Below are positions 22,543 through 28,075 of a DNA stretch of 28,075 bases, piece after piece. This DNA comes from a virus (Duplodnaviria > Heunggongvirae > Uroviricota > Caudoviricetes): IMG/VR virus record IMGVR_UViG_2585427787_000005; one strand, written 5' to 3'. The notes below the pieces were generated by a model. It made no database searches and was not told where the DNA came from. It saw only the letters and a program-made list of their open reading frames with translations. Every line of letters begins with the position of its first letter. Positions within the stretch are counted from its first letter, which is position 1. The translations under genes and the position numbers were made by a program.

Positions 22543-23151
22543 TTATTGCAACAGATTCTGACGGAAATATGGTAACACACGACTCCACTTATCATCCTGC
22601 CACGGTTGGAATTTTACATGCGCCGTTTCTCTGGCAAGGATTTCTCGCGCCCTGTTGAGTATCCGAGGATATTCTTGTTCGATTGAAGTGAATCTACCTG
22701 CTTCGCGATGCTCTGCGACCTGAAGAAGGGGCGTAACGTTCTGGCAGGCGGTTAACATCGTATCACTTGCTCGCCATAACCAGGCGAGTGTGCAAAGTTC
22801 GTTATCAGTGAATTGTTTTGTGATTGGGGATTGTTGAACTTCTCGATCGAGAATATCCAGAACCCAGCGGCGGAATTCTTTGGCCACAGGAGTACGAGCA
22901 AACATGGCGATCAAATGGGCTCCGCGAAGGCTAAATACTCGAGACTCCTGCATTCCACGAGGGGTGGTCACTTTGACCACCCTTGTCATCATATCTGTGA
23001 ATTCATCTGAGTGCCGAGAGTAAATGCGCTGAACTGCTTTATCGTCCGCATATTCCAGTGCTAAACCAACTTCAGTGGCAGTAAGCCAAATTCTGTTATT
23101 GTGGCAAATCGGGGTAAACGTCGTTTTGTGGAATGCTAATTGAGTAGTCAT
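22543..23151 (-). CDS. Bro-N-like domain protein (antirepressor / Roi-like family candidate)
   Basis: 202-aa ORF MTTQLAFHKTTFTPICHNNRIWLTATEVGLALEYADDKAVQRIYSRHSDEF...RVFSLRGAHLIAMFARTPVAKEFRRWVLDIL. Matches the recalled Bro-N consensus pattern (W-x-x-A-x-[DE]-V-x-x-x-L, then S-E-x-G-[LV]-Y-x-L-I, then A-x-x-F-x-x-W-V). Family assignment is by eye. Confidence 0.65.
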   Translation of the reverse strand: MTTQLAFHKTTFTPICHNNRIWLTATEVGLALEYADDKAVQRIYSRHSDEFTDMMTRVVKVTTPRGMQESRVFSLRGAHLIAMFARTPVAKEFRRWVLDILDREVQQSPITKQFTDNELCTLAWLWRASDTMLTACQNVTPLLQVAEHREAGRFTSIEQEYPRILNRAREILARETAHVKFQPWQDDKWSRVLPYFRQNLLQ

Positions 23152-23414
23152 AGTATCACCTCATCAGGTTAACCATCACCACCAACGACGCCAATCGACT
23201 GGTGGTGAACTGTGTAAGGTTGGCGTAACCGGCTACTCAAACCCGGCGCTTCCGAAGAAGCCCTCACACAGCCCACCATAATTTGGGCATAGCCGTGCTT
23301 AGCGCACAAAAAAACCGCTTAACGCGGTATGCGTTGAGTAGTATCCCGGGACGCCAATCCCGTGTGCCGATTTTGCGGCAACGCACAGAATATAGCGCCG
23401 GATAAATCATGTCG

Positions 23415-23504
23415 TCAACCCCAGTAAATGGACACCATGATGATCACAGCCATAGCTGCTACAACAGTTACAACTACCTCAGGCCAAAACATAACGATTT
23501 CCAT
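23415..23504 (-). CDS. Candidate small hydrophobic peptide (29 aa; alternative 25-aa start at 23492)
   Basis: Minus-strand ORF ATG GAA ATC GTT ATG TTT TGG... gives MEIVMFWPEVVVTVVAAMAVIIMVSIYWG, a single transmembrane-like helix. AAGGTGA lies just upstream. Immediately downstream of repeat copy B. Below the ORF-track cutoff. Confidence 0.3.
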   Translation of the reverse strand: MEIVMFWPEVVVTVVAAMAVIIMVSIYWG

Positions 23505-23570
23505 ATCACCTTTAGCCGCCAGACGAATAGAGACTCCCAATTCTGGCTGTCGAAGTAAAACACCGAATGT

Positions 23571-23655
23571 AAAAAATCGTAGGTGCATTTCTGCATCTGT
23601 GAATGGAGATGAGAGTTTGGATTGTGTGTGCGCATAAACGTCCCCGTTTAGCGCA
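23571..23655. repeat. 85-bp direct repeat, copy B
   Basis: AAAAAATCGTAGGTGCATTTCTGCATCTGTGAATGGAGATGAGAGTTTGGATTGTGTGTGCGCATAAACGTCCCCGTTTAGCGCA. See copy A. Confidence 0.9.
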
Positions 23656-23963
23656 ACCCCACCACCGGGTGTTCAGGCCGACAGTAACTATATTATTCCC
23701 TACTGATTTTTGAAAATCAAAGGTCTTTATACGTCACACGAGAGCAAATATTTCCGAAGAAGAAACCTTTCGCCTTGAAAGGATAAAGAGTTCATTTCAT
23801 AAATTGAAATATTCAATAAGAATATTGCAAAAAATGAAATTATTTACTAGCGAGTCTATCTAACTGATAATTATGAAGATTGTAAGCGGTAGCAATCACC
23901 CGCATACACATTGAACAGGATTTAATACAAAACGTCTTAAATTGTCCGTAAGGAATAGCACGA

Positions 23964-25466
23964 ATGACTCAAACTCCTCTATTACTTGCAATCATATTTT
24001 TATTGGTTGTTCTTGTTCTTTATATAGCTGCAATCAAACGCATCAAAAAAATACAATTAGAATTAAGTGATAGCAATCAAAAAAATGAAGAATACAAATC
24101 TCGCTTTGCAGATTATTTTAATGTAGAAGAAGAATGTAAGAAGCTTATTGAGAAAACAGAGCAAGAATGCTCCATAATAAAAGAAGAATCCCTAAAAGTA
24201 AAAGAAAATGCCAATAATGAACTAACAAACACCATTGAAAAAATGGATGGTATCAATAAACAAATCCAAGAGCTAAGAAGAACTTATAAAGAGAAGAAAG
24301 AAATATATGATAAACTAGTAAGGCAAATTTCTATTTATTCAGAAGATGTTGAGCTAGCCGAACTAGGATTTTACGAACCTCATTTTAATTTTGAAGATTC
24401 AGAGCAATTTAAAAACAAAATAAAATCCATCAGGGATGAACAGAAATTAATGCTGCGGGATAAAACCCACTCTGGCGCAGTATATTGTACAACCCAATGG
24501 ACTGTTGAAGGCTCTCGAGCAGAGGGTAAAAAAATGACAGACAGAAATATCAGGCTAACTACTAGAGCATTTAATAATGAATGTGATGCTGCAATTAGCA
24601 ATTGCACGTGGAAAAACATCACTAAAATGGAAGAACGCATCACAAAGGCATTTGAGGCCATAAATAAACTAAACGAGCAAAATCACATATATATAAACAC
24701 TAAATACCTCAATAAAAAACTTGAGGAATTGTGGCTTACCCATGAATATCGTGAGCAAAAACAGAAAGAAAAAGAAGAACAGGCAGAAATAAGGGCACAA
24801 ATGAGAGAGGAGGAGCGTGCACAACGAGAAATAGAAAAGGCCATGCAAGACGCAGAGGCAGAAGAGCGCCGTTATAAAAAAGCAATTGAAGCTGCAAGAA
24901 AGGAAATGGAAAAAGTTACTGGTGACATGAAGCAGCGCCTCGAAAATCGCATTGCCGAACTAGAACAGAGTTTGTCGCAGGCTGAATCAAAGCATCAAAG
25001 AGCATTATCCATGGCACAACAAACCAAACAAGGTCATGTTTATATTATTTCGAACATAGGTTCTTTTGGGGAGAATGTTTATAAAATAGGCATGACACGA
25101 CGTCTTGATCCGCAAGACCGTGTAAATGAGCTCGGTGATGCATCTGTTCCTTTTATTTTTGATGTACATGCCATGATTTATTCGGAGGACGCTCCATCAT
25201 TAGAAAAAAAACTACATGATGTCTTCGATAAAAAGAGAGTCAATCTTGTAAATCGTAGAAAAGAGTTTTTCTATGTTACTCTGGATGAGATCAAAGAAGC
25301 TGTTAAAAAACACTCTGATTCAGAAATTGAATTTATTGAGACAGCAGTCGCAAAAGACTTTAATGAGTCATTGGCTATTCGTAATCATGAAAATAAAAAA
25401 AGTGACAACAGCAACTCATCAATTATACCTGAGCGAAAAACCCCAGAGTTTGCAGATGCAATTTAA
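23964..25466 (+). CDS. AT-rich cargo protein (500 aa): N-terminal transmembrane anchor, coiled-coil segments, central DUF4041-like region and C-terminal GIY-YIG-like (T5orf172-type) putative nuclease domain
   Basis: ORF MTQTPLLLAIIFLLVVLVLYIAAIKRIKK (transmembrane helix). Lys/Glu-rich coiled coils (e.g. EYREQKQKEKEEQAEIRAQMREEERAQREIEKAM). C-terminal GHVYIISNIGSFGENVYKIGMTRRLDPQDRVNELGDASVPFIFDVHAMIYSEDAPSLEKKLH has GIY-YIG-like spacing (VYI...10 aa...YKIG, then Arg, then Glu). Composition is visibly AT-rich against the flanking phage DNA, and the gene is on the opposite strand. Domain names are from recall. Confidence 0.85.
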   Translation: MTQTPLLLAIIFLLVVLVLYIAAIKRIKKIQLELSDSNQKNEEYKSRFADYFNVEEECKKLIEKTEQECSIIKEESLKVKENANNELTNTIEKMDGINKQIQELRRTYKEKKEIYDKLVRQISIYSEDVELAELGFYEPHFNFEDSEQFKNKIKSIRDEQKLMLRDKTHSGAVYCTTQWTVEGSRAEGKKMTDRNIRLTTRAFNNECDAAISNCTWKNITKMEERITKAFEAINKLNEQNHIYINTKYLNKKLEELWLTHEYREQKQKEKEEQAEIRAQMREEERAQREIEKAMQDAEAEERRYKKAIEAARKEMEKVTGDMKQRLENRIAELEQSLSQAESKHQRALSMAQQTKQGHVYIISNIGSFGENVYKIGMTRRLDPQDRVNELGDASVPFIFDVHAMIYSEDAPSLEKKLHDVFDKKRVNLVNRRKEFFYVTLDEIKEAVKKHSDSEIEFIETAVAKDFNESLAIRNHENKKSDNSNSSIIPERKTPEFADAI

Positions 25467-25714
25467 TTAATTTGTAGTAGCAATAAAGCAGGCATCGTTG
25501 AGAATATTTTGTCAGCGATGCTTACTTCTCTAACAAAAACGGTGATTACCAACGAACTAACGGACTTCAGGTAATCATAAGACAAATGGAACGACTCTCC
25601 GGTGATTAGATCCCTGCAATAACAGTAATTTTCTACTAACTGAAAAATCTTTAACTGCCGCTCCTATTTCTAAGCTGACTGCTAGATTACATGGTGTGTT
25701 ACCGATGAAAACCG

Positions 25715-26017
25715 TCACAGCAAGTTTAAGTTCATATCTCCATACACTGCCAACACTCGTTTCATCGCGGCACTCTGGCGACACTCCTTGAAAATCAGAT
25801 TCGTGCTCACCTTTCCTTCCCGTTCTTCCCTGGTAGCGAACCGGTAATACACCGTTCGCCAGACCTTACCATCAACGACCAAGATTCCTGCCCGTGCCAT
25901 TTTAGCCGCAGCCTGATTTATACTGGTTACTGTTGCGCCTGTTACCGCAGCAACGTCCTGCGCACAGAAGCTCTTATGCGTCCCCAGGTAATGAATAATT
26001 GCCTCTTTGCCCGTCAT
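25715..26017 (-). CDS. ren: Ren (Rex-exclusion escape protein)
   Basis: 100-aa ORF MTGKEAIIHYLGTHKSFCAQDVAAVTGATVTSINQAAAKMARAGILVVDGKVWRTVYYRFATREEREGK, recalled lambda Ren with a divergent C-terminus. Overlaps the P stop. Confidence 0.88.
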   Translation of the reverse strand: MTGKEAIIHYLGTHKSFCAQDVAAVTGATVTSINQAAAKMARAGILVVDGKVWRTVYYRFATREEREGKVSTNLIFKECRQSAAMKRVLAVYGDMNLNLL

Positions 26018-26715
26018 ACAGTTGCTCCTTTCAGTCCGAACTTCGCTTTGATTTCTGCGATCTTCGCCAGAGCCTGTGCACGATTTAGAGGTCTACCGCC
26101 CATGACAGGAAGTTGTTTTACTGGTTCAGGTATCGCCTCACCACGGTTAATTCGCGCGGTCATACAAGTCAGTTCATCGGCAGCCTTGCGCCGTAATTCC
26201 GCATCAGTAAGCGCATTGGCCCGCATGTTCTGATACAGGTTGGTAACCAGCCAGTAGTGCGCGTTTGATTTCCACGGATAAGACTCTGCATCTGGATACA
26301 GGCCACGTTTCCGGCAATACTCGTAAACCATATCAACCAGCTCGCTGGCGTTTGGCAGCCCGGCGGTAACGGATGCTTCTTCCCGGCACCAGGCAACAAA
26401 CTGCCCGGGTGATGGCAGGAATGGTCGATTCTGCCGACGGGCTACGCGCATTCCTGCGTCAACCTGTTCCATCGTGGTGATCCCGTTTTCCCGGAAAGCC
26501 AGAACCCACTGGCGGCGGATTTCGTTCAGTTCGTTCTGGTCCCGGTTAGCCAGGCTCGCCGGGAAAGTTGCCAGTAACTGGCTGAACACACCATTGATGA
26601 TCTGCGCTACCTGTTGTACCTGCGGCTTTTCGTCGTACTGTTCCGGCATGTTGTTGGCGATCCGGCGCATCTGCTCACGGTCAAAGTTAACCATCTGTGC
26701 GGCGATGTTTTTCAT
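26014..26715 (-). CDS. P: Replication protein P (DnaB helicase loader)
   Basis: 233-aa ORF MKNIAAQMVNFDREQMRRIANNMPEQYDEKPQVQQVAQIINGVFSQL, the same length as lambda P. Confidence 0.93.
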   Translation of the reverse strand: MKNIAAQMVNFDREQMRRIANNMPEQYDEKPQVQQVAQIINGVFSQLLATFPASLANRDQNELNEIRRQWVLAFRENGITTMEQVDAGMRVARRQNRPFLPSPGQFVAWCREEASVTAGLPNASELVDMVYEYCRKRGLYPDAESYPWKSNAHYWLVTNLYQNMRANALTDAELRRKAADELTCMTARINRGEAIPEPVKQLPVMGGRPLNRAQALAKIAEIKAKFGLKGATV

Positions 26716-27641
26716 AAATCCACCCCGTAAATCCAGTCAGTGTTTGTCAGGTCGAGTTTTGATTTTCCGGCTATCACGCCAGCCTGTTGCTTGTTACGGT
26801 TGATTTCGAGTTGGGTCCACTTGTCGCGGAGTTTGGCCGGACTTAGCACGTTACCGGACCAGAAGTTGTCCTGGCATGCCCAGCGGAACAGCACGCACAT
26901 GTCGCGGTGGTTACGGCCGTCACGTTCACGCATCAGGCGGATATCGTTAGCCCACCCTGCAAAATTCGGTTTTCTGGCTGATGGCGCGATGGTCTTCACC
27001 ATGTCAAACATCCACTCTGCGGCGGTCAGGTCTTCTGCTGTCCCCCACCTGCTGCCGCTCTGAATTGCAGCATCTGGTTTCTCCACAGGAAGATCGTTTT
27101 CTGGTTGGTCAGAGGATTCGCCAGAATTCTCGGACGAAAAAGGTTTTATATTGTCTTTTGTTAGTTTGTCTTTTGTGTTTACCTGATTCGGGTAAGTGCC
27201 TTTACCTGATTTGGGTAAACTTTTCTTACCTGATTCAGGTAAATTTACCTCTTTCAGGTAAACTTTATTTTTCTTACCTGATTCGGGTAATGTTGACCAT
27301 TCACTGACCACATTATTAATGCCGATATTCCGCCCGCTCTGAATAAAAATCCCACGCTTTACCAGAACACTTTTTGCAGCAGAACACTTGTGCGGCAATA
27401 TCCCGGTCAACTCGGAAAGTTGCTCGTTGCTCACCCAATCCAGTTTTTTATTAAAGCCATATGTTTTGCGCATGACAGCCAGGAAGACCAGAAGCTGGTG
27501 CTGTGTTAATCCGGCCAGCATCACAGCTTCCAGCAACTCATTTGCAATGCGCGTATAACCATCATCGAGATCTGCCACGCGCGGCTCCTTTTGTGCCGCA
27601 TCCGGCACTGGAAAATTGAATATCTCAGCAGTGTTTGCCAT
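26712..27641 (-). CDS. O: Replication initiator O (divergent N-terminal DNA-binding half, lambda-like C-terminal P-interaction half)
   Basis: 309-aa ORF MANTAEIFNFPVPDAAQKEPRVADLDDGY... with C-terminal ...EWMFDMVKTIAPSARKPNFAGWANDIRLMRERDGRNHRDMCVLFRWACQDNFWSGNVLSPAKLRDKWTQLEINRNKQQAG matching recalled lambda O. GGGAGGAA ribosome-binding site. Contains the ori iterons. Confidence 0.92.
   Translation of the reverse strand: MANTAEIFNFPVPDAAQKEPRVADLDDGYTRIANELLEAVMLAGLTQHQLLVFLAVMRKTYGFNKKLDWVSNEQLSELTGILPHKCSAAKSVLVKRGIFIQSGRNIGINNVVSEWSTLPESGKKNKVYLKEVNLPESGKKSLPKSGKGTYPNQVNTKDKLTKDNIKPFSSENSGESSDQPENDLPVEKPDAAIQSGSRWGTAEDLTAAEWMFDMVKTIAPSARKPNFAGWANDIRLMRERDGRNHRDMCVLFRWACQDNFWSGNVLSPAKLRDKWTQLEINRNKQQAGVIAGKSKLDLTNTDWIYGVDL
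27120..27279. repeat. Lambdoid replication origin inside O: five 17-bp palindromic iterons plus adjacent AT-rich region
   Basis: Iterons TTACCTGATTCGGGTAA (27168..27184), TTACCTGATTTGGGTAA (27191..27207), TTACCTGATTCAGGTAA (27215..27231), TTACCTCTTTCAGGTAA (27234..27250), TTACCTGATTCGGGTAA (27263..27279). AT-rich tract 27120..27167 with repeated TGTCTTTTGT. Confidence 0.88.
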
Positions 27642-27676
27642 AATTCCTCCCGCAATGAGTGTGTTACGATTTGCAC

Positions 27677-28075
27677 GGCTTTGTTGAATAAATCGAACTT
27701 TTGCTGAGTTGAAGGATCAGATCACGCATCTTCCCGACAACGCAGACCGTTCCGTGGCAAAGCAAAAGTTCAAAATCACCAACTGGCCCACCTACAATAA
27801 AGCCCTCATCAACCGTGGCTCCATAACTTTCTGGCTGGATGATGAAGCCATTCAGGCCTGGTATGAGTCGACAACGCCTTCATCACGGGGAAGACCTCAG
27901 CGCTATTCTGATCTCGCCATCACCACCGTTCTGGTCATTAAACGCGTGTTCAGGTTGACCCTGCGGGCTGCACAGGGTTTTATTGATTCCATTTTTACAC
28001 TGATGAATGTTCCGTTGCGCTGCCCGGATTACACCAGTGTCAGCAAGCGCGCAAAGTCGGTTAATGTCAGTTTCA
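27677..28075 (+). mobile_element. IS903-group (IS5 family) insertion sequence, left end only; element continues beyond the window
   Basis: Terminal inverted repeat GGCTTTGTTGAATAAATC at 27677..27694, followed by sequence recalled from IS903/Tn903 ends (CGAACTTTTGCTGAGTTGAAGGATCAGATCACGCATCTTCCCGACAACGCAGACCGTTCC). An open frame with no stop runs to the window edge. Confidence 0.8.
27709..28075 (+). CDS. IS903-type DDE transposase, N-terminal part (start codon uncertain, possibly TTG at 27709; truncated by window end)
   Basis: Frame from 27721 translates ITHLPDNADRSVAKQKFKITNWPTYNKALINRGSITFWLDDEAIQAWYESTTPSSRGRPQRYSDLAITTVLVIKRVFRLTLRAAQGFIDSIF... without stops. No ATG upstream in frame. Not in the ORF track because it lacks a stop. 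Confidence 0.7.
   Translation, partial: MKDQITHLPDNADRSVAKQKFKITNWPTYNKALINRGSITFWLDDEAIQAWYESTTPSSRGRPQRYSDLAITTVLVIKRVFRLTLRAAQGFIDSIFTLMNVPLRCPDYTSVSKRAKSVNVSF

Noticed and set aside
23266-23412. 48-codon minus-strand ORF (MIYPALYSVRCRKIGTRDW...) between the small hydrophobic ORF and the Bro-N gene
   Set aside because: It contains a terminator-like hairpin with T tract (about 23308..23335) in its middle and has no ribosome-binding site; more likely non-coding intergenic sequence.
23428-23637. 69-aa plus-strand ORF MDTMMITAIAATTVTTTSGQ...
   Set aside because: It runs straight through repeat copy B and is antisense to the small hydrophobic ORF. It has a low-complexity Thr/Ile N-terminus and no ribosome-binding site. 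The minus-strand reading is more plausible, but neither is certain.
27168-27279. Short regularly spaced repeats that could resemble a CRISPR array
   Set aside because: The repeats are only 17 bp, palindromic, separated by 2-12 bp, and lie inside the O gene; they are lambdoid ori iterons.
27677-28075. Possible IS5 (InsH) element at the window end
   Set aside because: The terminal sequence and the translated frame do not match what I recall of IS5 ends or InsH. They match the IS903/Tn903-type end instead.

Overview
The window is most of the late region of a lambda-like (lambdoid) prophage, in an enterobacterial (E. coli-like) background as judged by the prophage genes. Late genes run on the minus strand. 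From low to high coordinate: a complete lambda-type tail and head morphogenesis block (start of J, then I, K, L, M, H, G/G-T, V, U, Z, FII, FI, E, D, C/Nu3, B, W, A, Nu1); an intact lambda cos site (cosN 15605..15616); a small plus-strand ORF and bor; a mosaic lysis cassette (lambda-type Rz/Rz1 with a phage-21-type SAR endolysin and pinholin); a plus-strand NmpC/Lc-type porin followed by a structured hairpin cluster; antiterminator Q; a DLP12-like nin block (ylcG, rusA, ybcO, ninE, ybcN); a roughly 4 kb cargo segment; then ren, P and O with the ori iterons; and the left end of an IS903-group insertion sequence just upstream of O. The cargo segment (about 21604..25714) is the most interesting part. 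It holds two copies of an 85-bp direct repeat, a membrane-anchored 169-aa protein, a Bro-N-like protein, and an AT-rich, oppositely oriented 500-aa protein with a transmembrane anchor, coiled coils and a C-terminal GIY-YIG-like (T5orf172-type) domain, which I propose as a candidate prophage-encoded anti-phage or abortive-infection determinant. All identifications rest on reading the translations and recalled family signatures; no database search was run.
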